From assembly GCF_035343975.1 (NCBI RefSeq), contig NZ_DAORAB010000002.1: 58,772 nucleotides of DNA, one strand, 5' to 3'. Numbering within the stretch: the first letter of the stretch is position 1; every line of letters begins with the position of its first letter. The notes beneath the pieces were generated by a model that saw only the letters and a program-made list of their open reading frames with translations, was not told the DNA's origin and made no database searches. This document shows positions 9,621-18,495 of this stretch, one piece after another. The DNA comes from Flavobacterium sp. Its GTDB lineage: Bacteria > Bacteroidota > Bacteroidia > Flavobacteriales > Flavobacteriaceae. The position numbers were made by a program, and so were the translations under genes.

Positions 9621-10730
9621 ATGAAGAGAGTATTACCAACATTTACACTTGGTGTAGAAGAAGAATATCAGATTATTGACCCTGAGACAAGGGATTTGCG
9701 TTCGCATTTATCCAAAATTGTTGATGGTGCCAAAATCATCTTAAACGAGCAGGTAAAAGCCGAAATGCACCAGTCTGTGGTCGAAGTCGGAACCAATATC
9801 TGCAAAAATGTTTGTGAAGCTAAAGATGAAATCCGCTTTCTAAGAAGTAAAATTGTAGAACTTGCAGACAAACAGGGATTGGTGGTTGGCGGTGCGGGAA
9901 CGCATCCGTTTTCACGCTGGCAGGATCAACCAATTACAGATGATCCTCGATATCACCATATTGTAAATGAACTACAGGATGCTGCACGTTCTAATTTAAT
10001 TTTCGGAATGCATTGCCATGTTGGAATTGAAAATCGTGAAATTGGTCTGCAGTTAATGAATCAAGCATGCTATTTCCTGCCACATATCTTTGCGCTATCA
10101 ACAAATTCCCCTTTTTGGGAAGGCAGGAATACCGGTTACAAATCTTTCAGGACAAAAGTATTTGATAAGTTTCCACGAACAGGTCTACCTGAATATTTTG
10201 ACAGTGTTCAGGCTTATGACAATTATCTTGAAACATTGGTTAAAACAAAATGTATCGACAATCCTAAGAAAATCTGGTGGGATTTGCGCCTGCACCCATT
10301 CTATGATACGATTGAATTCCGTATTACCGATATGAGTCTAACCGTAGATGAAGCAATGTGCATTGTAGCCGTAATTCAGGCGGTTGTTGCCAAATTGTAC
10401 AAACTGACAATGGCAAATACCAGTTTTAATATTTATCGAATAGCATTAATTAAAGAAAATAAATTCCGTGCCGCTCGTTACGGAATTGACGGTGATATGA
10501 TCGATTTTGGTTTGCAGAAAGAAGTTGAAACCAAAGGTTTGATTCTTGAATTACTTGAATTTATTGATGATGTAGTTGATGAATTAGGAAGTCGTAAACA
10601 TATTGATTATGTGCACACTATCCTAAAAGAAGGGACTGGTGCTGATAAACAATTGCGCGTTTTTGAACAAACAAACGACCTGACCAAAGTAGTAGATATG
10701 ATTACCAGTGAATTTACGAGAGGTTTATAA
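9621..10730 (+). CDS. ybdK: YbdK-family carboxylate-amine ligase (GCS2)
   Basis: TLGVEEEYQ, GAGTHPF, FGMHCHVG, ALSTNSPFW, WWDLR, TIEFRITD. Confidence 0.9.
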   Translation: MKRVLPTFTLGVEEEYQIIDPETRDLRSHLSKIVDGAKIILNEQVKAEMHQSVVEVGTNICKNVCEAKDEIRFLRSKIVELADKQGLVVGGAGTHPFSRWQDQPITDDPRYHHIVNELQDAARSNLIFGMHCHVGIENREIGLQLMNQACYFLPHIFALSTNSPFWEGRNTGYKSFRTKVFDKFPRTGLPEYFDSVQAYDNYLETLVKTKCIDNPKKIWWDLRLHPFYDTIEFRITDMSLTVDEAMCIVAVIQAVVAKLYKLTMANTSFNIYRIALIKENKFRAARYGIDGDMIDFGLQKEVETKGLILELLEFIDDVVDELGSRKHIDYVHTILKEGTGADKQLRVFEQTNDLTKVVDMITSEFTRGL

Positions 10731-10739
10731 TTGAAAATG

Positions 10740-10747
10740 TATATTTG
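10740..10747 (+). promoter_or_regulatory. Internal sigma-A -7 element TATATTTG ahead of the GATase-like gene
   Basis: TAnnTTTG in the 68-nt gap after ybdK. Confidence 0.55.
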
Positions 10748-10753
10748 CACCAA

Positions 10754-10785
10754 ACCCGAGGCCGGTAGGCCGAACGGAATGAAAT
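10754..10785 (+). repeat. Short structured dispersed motif, copy 1
   Basis: ACCCGAGGCCGGTAGGCCGAACGGAATGAAAT; related copy at 41765-41795 on the minus strand. Confidence 0.65.
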
Positions 10786-10798
10786 TAAAATTAAGAGC

Positions 10799-11626
10799 AT
10801 GAGCCACCAAATTCGAATAGCAGTTTTAGACATGTACGCCGGAGAACCTAATCAGGGAATGCGTTGTATCATTGATATTATAAACAGATTCAATCAAATT
10901 GTAACCTTTCAGATTTTTGATGTTCGCCAAAAAAGCGAATTTCCAAACATTGAAAAGTTCGACATTTTTATTTCTACCGGCGGACCCGGAAATCCTTTGG
11001 AAGGCGATGGTAATTGGGATTTAAAATGGTATGATTTTATTGAGCAGTTGTGGGAATGGAACAAAGAGCAAAAGGTAAAGAAGCATGTTTTGTTTATCTG
11101 CCATTCGTTTCAAATGGCCTGCCACCACTTTGGTTTAGCCGAAATCACTAAAAGGAAATCGACTTCATTTGGCGTAATGACCATACATAAAACAGAAGCC
11201 GGAATGAATGATGCAATCCTTGAAGGCCTGGAAAATCCATTTTATGGCATCGACAGTCGTGATTATCAGGTGGTACAACCTAAACTGAGTATTTTCAGCA
11301 AAAAAGGTGCGATGATAATTGCCCTGGAAAAAATCAGGACTTACAGAGAATATGAAAGAGCTATCATGGGCGTACGTTTTTCTGATGAATTTGTCGGATT
11401 GCAATTCCATCCCGAGGCTGATGCATTGAGTTTTATTGCTAATCTGAAAAACAAAGAAAAGCGCGAAAGAATAATCGATATGAAAGGAAAGCAAAAGTTC
11501 CGTGACATGTTAGAGGATTTGCTTGATGAAGATAAAATCTATAAAACCAATGAGACAATCATTCCGAATTTCCTTCGCGTTGCCATCAACGATTTGATTA
11601 AAACCAAAAAGATATTATCTAATTAA
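10799..11626 (+). CDS. Class I glutamine amidotransferase-like protein
   Basis: STGGPG oxyanion strand, nucleophile ICHSFQ, QFHPE (Cys-His-Glu triad). Confidence 0.85.
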   Translation: MSHQIRIAVLDMYAGEPNQGMRCIIDIINRFNQIVTFQIFDVRQKSEFPNIEKFDIFISTGGPGNPLEGDGNWDLKWYDFIEQLWEWNKEQKVKKHVLFICHSFQMACHHFGLAEITKRKSTSFGVMTIHKTEAGMNDAILEGLENPFYGIDSRDYQVVQPKLSIFSKKGAMIIALEKIRTYREYERAIMGVRFSDEFVGLQFHPEADALSFIANLKNKEKRERIIDMKGKQKFRDMLEDLLDEDKIYKTNETIIPNFLRVAINDLIKTKKILSN

Positions 11627-11629
11627 TAG

Positions 11630-12820
11630 ATGAATTCCAAATACAGACAACTCTTCAACGCCAATTTGACAGTCGATAAATACAAAAATTTTATTGATGA
11701 TTTTACCAGTGATTTTGATTATGCAGTAACATTCCGTATTGGAGAATCTCCTTTTTTCATTCCGATTGAATTAAAAGAGCAATTGCTTGAAGGCTGTCAG
11801 CAGGTGATTGATTTTATCAAAAGAGATGATTTCAGAAGTATTACCGACAGAGCTTTGGAATTAAACCGAAAAGTTCCAAACGAAGATAATCACACAACAT
11901 TCTTAGCGATTGATTTCGGTATTTGTGAAGAAGATGGCGAGATTGTTCCAAAGCTGATTGAAGTTCAGGGTTTTCCTTCGCTATTTAATTTTCAACAGAA
12001 TCTTTCACAAAAATTTATCAGCCACTACCCTTTCCTTTCGGAATTAACTCCTTTTTTAAGCGGACTTACATCTGAAACTTATCTGAAATTAATCGAAGAC
12101 GTAATTTGCAACAACCATCCAAAGGAAAATGTAATCCTGCTTGAAATTGAGCCTGAAAAACAAAACACTAAGATTGATTTTTACTATTGCCATCGTGACA
12201 TAGGCATTCCGGTAGTTTGTGTAACCGAATTGTATCAAAAAGGCAAACAGCTTTTCTACAAAAATGACAAGAGCGAAGAAATTCTAGTAAAAAGAATTTA
12301 CAATCGTGTGATTTTTGATGAGCTGGATTTGAGAACCGATTTAAAACTTAACTTCGATTTTTCTTCTGATGTAGATGTTGAATGGGCGGGTCATCCGAAT
12401 TGGTTTTTCAGAATCAGCAAATTTATCCTGCCGTATCTAAAAGGAAAGTATTTCATAGAGACTACATTACTTTCTGATTTAAAGGAAATTCCGGCTGATT
12501 TAGAGAATTATGTTTTGAAACCTTTGTTTTCGTTTTCGGGAAGTGGTGTCATTTTCCATGTAAAAAGAGAAGATATTGAAGCCGTAAAAGAAAAAGATTT
12601 ATACATCCTTCAGAAAAAAGTAAACTACAAACCGGTCATTCAATCTCCTGATGGAAAAGTAAAAGCCGAAGTCAGAATTTTAGCTGTCTGGAAAAAAGAG
12701 GCAGAATCACCTACTTTTGTTACCAACTTAGTAAGATTAAGCCGTGGTGAAATGATTGGAGTAAAATTCAATAAAGACAAAGACTGGGTTGGCGGAACTG
12801 TTGGAATGTTTGAAAAATAA
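11630..12820 (+). CDS. Circularly permuted ATP-grasp (glutathionylspermidine synthase-like) ligase
   Basis: N-terminal IDFG...PKLIEVQ metal-binding segment precedes YVLKPLFSFSGSGV and YILQKKV, the order expected of a permuted ATP-grasp. Confidence 0.7.
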   Translation: MNSKYRQLFNANLTVDKYKNFIDDFTSDFDYAVTFRIGESPFFIPIELKEQLLEGCQQVIDFIKRDDFRSITDRALELNRKVPNEDNHTTFLAIDFGICEEDGEIVPKLIEVQGFPSLFNFQQNLSQKFISHYPFLSELTPFLSGLTSETYLKLIEDVICNNHPKENVILLEIEPEKQNTKIDFYYCHRDIGIPVVCVTELYQKGKQLFYKNDKSEEILVKRIYNRVIFDELDLRTDLKLNFDFSSDVDVEWAGHPNWFFRISKFILPYLKGKYFIETTLLSDLKEIPADLENYVLKPLFSFSGSGVIFHVKREDIEAVKEKDLYILQKKVNYKPVIQSPDGKVKAEVRILAVWKKEAESPTFVTNLVRLSRGEMIGVKFNKDKDWVGGTVGMFEK

Positions 12821-12822
12821 TT

Positions 12823-13368
12823 CTATAAATACTGTTTCTTAATCTCTAAAAAACTCTTATCTGAAGTAACCAATTCTTCAATAACTTTCTTTCTCAAAAT
12901 ATCTAAATTATCATATTTTAAGTACTTAGCCCAGTCGGATTGATTTAAAACCTGTTTGATTGTTTGTATGCTTTTAGAAGTTTCTTTAGCGTTTTTCAAG
13001 ACTACTTTCTCTTCACCTTCCAAACTTAATTTGTGATAGAAATTAACTTCTCGGGTTTCAAAATTTACTTTGATAAAAAACAGCTTTGAAGTATCGTCAT
13101 TAGAATAAAAATCTGTCCAATTAGCAAAACCAACAATGGTGCTTTGGCTTTTAAAATTAGCTAACGGAATCAGCCGCCAATGACAATTAGCAACTCTTCC
13201 CCAGTGATTGGAAACTCGATACAATCCTTCATCAGTAAAAAAATACTGACTTCCTGATTGACTTTTGTAGCTTATTTTTAGAGTATTAATTTCACTAAAC
13301 AATACTTCTCTCCATATACAAAATGTGTACGAATGAAAGTTAAACTTAGTATATTTTTTATTTGCCAC
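12823..13368 (-). CDS. Hypothetical protein
   Basis: 181-aa ORF, GTG start 1 nt after the WG-repeat stop; motif SGSQYF...YRVSNHWGRVANCHW. Confidence 0.7.
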   Translation of the reverse strand: MANKKYTKFNFHSYTFCIWREVLFSEINTLKISYKSQSGSQYFFTDEGLYRVSNHWGRVANCHWRLIPLANFKSQSTIVGFANWTDFYSNDDTSKLFFIKVNFETREVNFYHKLSLEGEEKVVLKNAKETSKSIQTIKQVLNQSDWAKYLKYDNLDILRKKVIEELVTSDKSFLEIKKQYL

Positions 13369-13369
13369 G

Positions 13370-15838
13370 TTAATCGTTAATTCGGAAAGACCTTTTCATA
13401 AAGTAAGTGCTAATCCAATAGCCATTGACTTTAATGGCATTTCTGAGTAATTCTTCCATCAGTGAATTACCAAAGGCATGATCATTAACACGTCTATTCG
13501 TAACCTTACTACCATCTTCAAGGGTATAATCATCTGTAAATTTCAATGATGATTTATGATAAAAGCGTTCATCATTCCACCTTGTCCTTTTAAATTCCAA
13601 AAGCCTTTTATAATATTGATTTGCTATAGCTTCCTGTGATGGTGTTCCTGAAAGCCTGATATCATTAAATATATTATTTTTTAAATAATACAAAATATGA
13701 CTTGAGGGAGCAATTTTGGTACAAAACTGAAGCAGCAAGTCATCATTCGAACTATCCATAGCAGTAATTAGTGCCTGCTTCAAATCTTCAAAAGTCTTAT
13801 ATCCTTTATGCATTGTAAATACTCCGGTAATTCCACTCAAATGTCCCCATTTATTGATAGGTTTCATTTCATTACCATTAAAAGTCAATGCTTCATCACC
13901 TTCAAAATTAGCAATATCATCAAAAGTTGAGGTTGATAAAACTTTTCCGGTAGCGTTGATAAGCTGATACTTATTGTTGGATTTGGCTTTATATAGGTTT
14001 TCTTCTTTGCTTACTTTTGCAATATCTTTATATATAAAAGGAACAATCTCTTTGTTGGTAATAGAGATTAGACCATATTTACCGTTCTTTTGAGCCGGAA
14101 TAATTATTTCACCTTGATAAGGATATATCAAATCAAAACTCAAATCATCATAAACAAAAGGAATAATAACATTGTTTTTATTGTCTACAACGCCTTTTTT
14201 ATTGCCTTTTTGAACAATGAAGTAGGCATTGTCCTTTACTGCTAATTTTTGGATTATGCCGTCATAAATCAACGGAAGACATTCACTTTCTCCTTTCTCA
14301 TCATAAATACCAAATTTGTTTTTGTCATTCTGAACGAATAGATATGATTTTCCGCTGTCTGGCAATGGGTTTAAGAGGTTATCTTCATCATTTATATAAC
14401 CATACTTTTTAATATTGTCATAAACTACATTTCCGTTTTTGTCGAGAATAGTATAAGATGGTCCTGCTTTTTGGGCAAATAATATTTTAACTTTTTCAGC
14501 TACCGATTCAAAAATAAAATTATACTCGGGTTTCAGGATTACAGTTCCGTCAGTTTTATACAACCCAAACTTTCCATCTTTGGTTTTACCGCAAATGAAT
14601 TCGCTTCTTTCAAATATATTTTCGAATTCGAGTGGTATGATTGTTTTGTTATTGGAGTCAATGACTCCAATAAGCTCCTCATTGGTAACTTTGTATAAAT
14701 TGGAAAATGAGTTTGTTCCAAAACCATCAAAATGATCAATCTTATCATATTTGGCAGGGATAATTATTTTACCATATTTATCTGTCCAACCTTGTTTTTT
14801 ATTCTTTATAATTTTCAAGCCACTACTACTAAAACCCATTACTTGTATATCATCATATTCTATTGGTAAAACAACATTGAGTTTATAATCAAACATTCCT
14901 GAAAGGTTATCTTTCTTAACTTCTATGAATTCTGATCCGTCCAAATAAACATCATTATAAATGTCATCAAGTTTCTTTTTAGAATTAACCAGATAAGCAC
15001 CTTTAAGCTTATCTTTCTCTGTAGTGATTATTTTCCTGTAGATATCATTATTTATTTTGTCATAAATCACTGGATATAATAAATTTCCATCGTTGATTAA
15101 GCCAAATTTTTTATCTTTTTCAACAACAAATATCTTTTGACTAATATTAATGGCAATATATTTTTTGGTCTCAAATGCCTTTTTTACATAACTCACATTC
15201 ATCATATTCTTACCATCATATGAAATATTATCATACTCCGTCGGAAGAATTAATTTTCCATCAACTATTAATCCTTGCTTTGAATTCTTTACCGGAATGG
15301 CTGCATCTATATATAAAATAATATTGTCATACTCAAAATCTACTTTTTTATCATTAAGTAAAAATTGGAATTGCTTTTCCTTATCATAGATAAGAGACAC
15401 TTTTGAAACCCCACTCGAATAAATAATTTTTGGGTATTTTACTGGAAGCAGGACAGACCCGCTTTCATCAAAAACACCATATTTCCCAGATTTTTTAACA
15501 ATCAATGATTTGGTTCCAATTCCGAGAGAATCAAATTCGGTGTTAAGGATTATTTTTCCGTTAGTAGTTACATACCCTGACAGTCCATTCTTTTTTATAG
15601 TAAACCCATCGCCTGATGGCTGTATCATATCGTAGACTGGCTTTAACAAAATCGAATCATTTCTTTTAAGCCCGTACTTTTGGGCTTCATCAAAAACTCT
15701 CGTGTAGGTTTTATCATTTGTTTCATAGATCACTGCATCATAGTCGGCTTTAATATCATTGTCACGCTGTTGATTAGGTACTTGGGAAAATGACAGATAA
15801 GAAGTAAATAACAAAATTGTTAAGAGAAAGTTCTTCAT
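13370..15838 (-). CDS. Exported WG/KWG-repeat protein
   Basis: Signal peptide MKNFLLTILL and many K(Y/F)G-x-I-D-x-x-G-x-x-I-I-P-x-x-Y-D repeats; start moved to ATG 15838. Confidence 0.85.
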   Translation of the reverse strand: MKNFLLTILLFTSYLSFSQVPNQQRDNDIKADYDAVIYETNDKTYTRVFDEAQKYGLKRNDSILLKPVYDMIQPSGDGFTIKKNGLSGYVTTNGKIILNTEFDSLGIGTKSLIVKKSGKYGVFDESGSVLLPVKYPKIIYSSGVSKVSLIYDKEKQFQFLLNDKKVDFEYDNIILYIDAAIPVKNSKQGLIVDGKLILPTEYDNISYDGKNMMNVSYVKKAFETKKYIAINISQKIFVVEKDKKFGLINDGNLLYPVIYDKINNDIYRKIITTEKDKLKGAYLVNSKKKLDDIYNDVYLDGSEFIEVKKDNLSGMFDYKLNVVLPIEYDDIQVMGFSSSGLKIIKNKKQGWTDKYGKIIIPAKYDKIDHFDGFGTNSFSNLYKVTNEELIGVIDSNNKTIIPLEFENIFERSEFICGKTKDGKFGLYKTDGTVILKPEYNFIFESVAEKVKILFAQKAGPSYTILDKNGNVVYDNIKKYGYINDEDNLLNPLPDSGKSYLFVQNDKNKFGIYDEKGESECLPLIYDGIIQKLAVKDNAYFIVQKGNKKGVVDNKNNVIIPFVYDDLSFDLIYPYQGEIIIPAQKNGKYGLISITNKEIVPFIYKDIAKVSKEENLYKAKSNNKYQLINATGKVLSTSTFDDIANFEGDEALTFNGNEMKPINKWGHLSGITGVFTMHKGYKTFEDLKQALITAMDSSNDDLLLQFCTKIAPSSHILYYLKNNIFNDIRLSGTPSQEAIANQYYKRLLEFKRTRWNDERFYHKSSLKFTDDYTLEDGSKVTNRRVNDHAFGNSLMEELLRNAIKVNGYWISTYFMKRSFRIND

Positions 15839-15848
15839 AGTAATTTTG

Positions 15849-17069
15849 TTAATGCAGTTTTTTAACCGCTTCCTGCTGGGCAACAGTCGCAAAATCCTTG
15901 ATTAATCGTTCGGCATAATTGTCTAACAATTCGCGAACCCTAACATGTGAATCGCTTTTTACAATCAAACCTGCATGATATTCTAATGGCACTCTGAAAC
16001 AAACTTCACCATCATCAAAACCTGATAAATCGGGATGTTCAAATTTGGAAAGCGTTAAAACAATACCTGCAAATTCCTTTTTAATTTCAGGTAGTTTGTA
16101 TTCTTTTCCCTTAACCAAACAGTCTTCAATTTTCGCCCATTCTTTCCAAAGGTTTACATTAGATGCCGCATCGACCATTTCAGCTAAATGCGCACCACCG
16201 ACCCTTGAAGCAGTTTCAAGAAAATAGATTTTTCCGTCGTCATTGCATTTTATAAATTCGGTATGATTGGCACCATGCATCATCCCGAAGGCTTTCAAAA
16301 CCTGTTCGTTTACTTTCTTAATTTCCTTATCATCTTTCGAATTGTATTCGATATTTGCACTTCTGAAAATACCACCACCTTGGGAAATTTCCATTGGTGT
16401 AGCCAAATATTGCGATGTAATTGAGAAAACGGTTTTACCTTTCCAGTTCAATCCGTCACAATGATACACAGCTCCGGGTTTGAATTGTTCCACCAAATAT
16501 TTCATACGGTTTACATCACCTAATTCTTGAACCTTCTGCCACAGTTCTTCTTTGGAATAAACTTTCATAATTCCAGATGCCGATGCTTCCGAACGTGGTT
16601 TTAAAACCCATGGGGGAGAAACTGAATCAGCAAACTGATTGATTTCTTCATCATTAAACAATGAGCTAAAAGCCGGAATAGGAATCCCTGCATCTTTAGC
16701 CTTTATCCTCATGGCAAGTTTATCCCGAAAATATCTTCCGGTAGTTTGTCCCATTCCGTCAATCCTAAGGTTTTCTCTGAGGAAGGCTGCTTTTTCTACA
16801 TCAAAGTCATCAAGAGCTACAATGCCATCAATTTTTTTGTGACGCATCAAGCTACCAACACCAACCAATAATTCATCCAAATTCCAATCGATATCCTGAC
16901 CAGGCATAAAATAGATTTCATCAATATAATCAACTGCCCAAGGCTTATCACGTAATTTTTCCGAAGTAATCAGATAAACGCGATTTCCCTGTTTTTTTAA
17001 ATTGGACATAAAATCATTTCCTTTGAAATAATTGGAAACACAAATGAAATTTTTGGTTGGACTTTCCAT
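15849..17069 (-). CDS. ATP-grasp domain ligase
   Basis: FRDKLAMR, PWVLKPRSEASASG, YLVEQF, HTEF, YFLETASRVGG; start probably ATG 17069. Confidence 0.85.
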   Translation of the reverse strand: MESPTKNFICVSNYFKGNDFMSNLKKQGNRVYLITSEKLRDKPWAVDYIDEIYFMPGQDIDWNLDELLVGVGSLMRHKKIDGIVALDDFDVEKAAFLRENLRIDGMGQTTGRYFRDKLAMRIKAKDAGIPIPAFSSLFNDEEINQFADSVSPPWVLKPRSEASASGIMKVYSKEELWQKVQELGDVNRMKYLVEQFKPGAVYHCDGLNWKGKTVFSITSQYLATPMEISQGGGIFRSANIEYNSKDDKEIKKVNEQVLKAFGMMHGANHTEFIKCNDDGKIYFLETASRVGGAHLAEMVDAASNVNLWKEWAKIEDCLVKGKEYKLPEIKKEFAGIVLTLSKFEHPDLSGFDDGEVCFRVPLEYHAGLIVKSDSHVRVRELLDNYAERLIKDFATVAQQEAVKKLH

Positions 17070-17070
17070 A

Positions 17071-18492
17071 TTATAAATTTTCAATAAAATTAGTAATTAA
17101 GTGCACGCCGTAAGCCGTAGCATGTTTTGTTTTGGCAAATTCATCATCGCCAAAAGCTACACCTGCAATGTCGAGATGTGCCCATGAAGTATGTTTGTCT
17201 GTAAAGAATTCCAAAAACTTTGCTGCAGAAATTGCTCCGGCTACAGGTTTTCCTGAATAGTTTTTTACATCGGCAATTTCACTCTCGATATCAGGTATAT
17301 AAGCATCCCAGAGCGGTAACTGCCACAAACGTTCACCAATAGCATCACCAGCCTGTTGTAGTTTTTTAGATAAATCTTCGTTATTGGTAAACAATCCGGC
17401 GCATTCATAGCCCAATGTTCCCACAACACTTCCGGTCAGTGTTGCTAAGTCTACAACCGTATCAGGTTTGTAGTTCTTTATAAGATATGATAAACCGTCA
17501 ACCAGAATCAATCTCCCTTCGGCATCAGTGTCAATAATTTCAATTGAATGCCCAGCGTAACTCTGAATCACATCGCTTGGCAAAAACGAATGCGCATCAA
17601 CCGAATTCTCGCAGGCAGGGACAATTGCTGTGACCTGAACAGGGAGTTTCAAATCGGCAATCAACTGCATTGCTCCCAAAACTGCTGCGCCACCAGCCAT
17701 ATCACATTTCATTTGAACCATACCTGCTGTTTTGATATTAAGTCCACCAGTATCAAAAGTGATTCCCTTTCCAACAAGGCCAATGTGTTTTTTAGCATTT
17801 TCAGGTCGATATTCCATAATGATGAATTGTGGCTCCTGAGCACTTCCCTTTCCGACTGAAAGAAAAGCATGTAAACCTGTGTGCTCAGACTTTTCCTTTC
17901 CGAAAACATCAACTTCAAAACCATGCTTTTTTCCGGTTTCTACTGCCCAGTTGGCTAAATATTTTGGGGTAATCCTATTCGGTGGTAAATCTACAAGAGC
18001 ATAAATTTCTAATTGGGCTCTTGCAATTTTTGCAGCTTTATTAATTGTTCCTTCTAAATCAGATTTGGCAATATAATTCAATTCGAAATCCGTTTTCAAC
18101 AATGGATGAACATCGGATTTTTTATAATGTCCTAAATTGTAAGTTCCCAATAACAATCCGGAAACAGCGGCTTCAACCTGATTAGTATTGAATTCATCCG
18201 GAATCACCAAAGCAACAGTCTTACTGAAAAGTTCTTTCTGTTTTGCCGAAATCCTTCTGAAAATCGTTTTCATCGATTTATAATCCAATTCTTTTCCCAA
18301 ACCAATAAACACATGGGTACAATCGTATTTCTGAACTAAATAATGTGTGTCTTTTTTTCCGTAAAAAACTTGTGAATAAACAGAAACTCCATGATATTCA
18401 ATCGGAACAATGCTCTTAGCCGTTGTTTCGAAAACAGGAATTAGGATTGTTCCTGTGAAATTATCGAGGTTTTGGATTTTTTTTGACTTCAT
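17071..18492 (-). CDS. pepA: M17 leucyl aminopeptidase family protein
   Basis: VGKGITFDTGG, MKCDMAG, DTDAEGRL, DLATLTG, WAHLDIAG. Confidence 0.9.
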   Translation of the reverse strand: MKSKKIQNLDNFTGTILIPVFETTAKSIVPIEYHGVSVYSQVFYGKKDTHYLVQKYDCTHVFIGLGKELDYKSMKTIFRRISAKQKELFSKTVALVIPDEFNTNQVEAAVSGLLLGTYNLGHYKKSDVHPLLKTDFELNYIAKSDLEGTINKAAKIARAQLEIYALVDLPPNRITPKYLANWAVETGKKHGFEVDVFGKEKSEHTGLHAFLSVGKGSAQEPQFIIMEYRPENAKKHIGLVGKGITFDTGGLNIKTAGMVQMKCDMAGGAAVLGAMQLIADLKLPVQVTAIVPACENSVDAHSFLPSDVIQSYAGHSIEIIDTDAEGRLILVDGLSYLIKNYKPDTVVDLATLTGSVVGTLGYECAGLFTNNEDLSKKLQQAGDAIGERLWQLPLWDAYIPDIESEIADVKNYSGKPVAGAISAAKFLEFFTDKHTSWAHLDIAGVAFGDDEFAKTKHATAYGVHLITNFIENL

Positions 18493-18495
18493 AAA

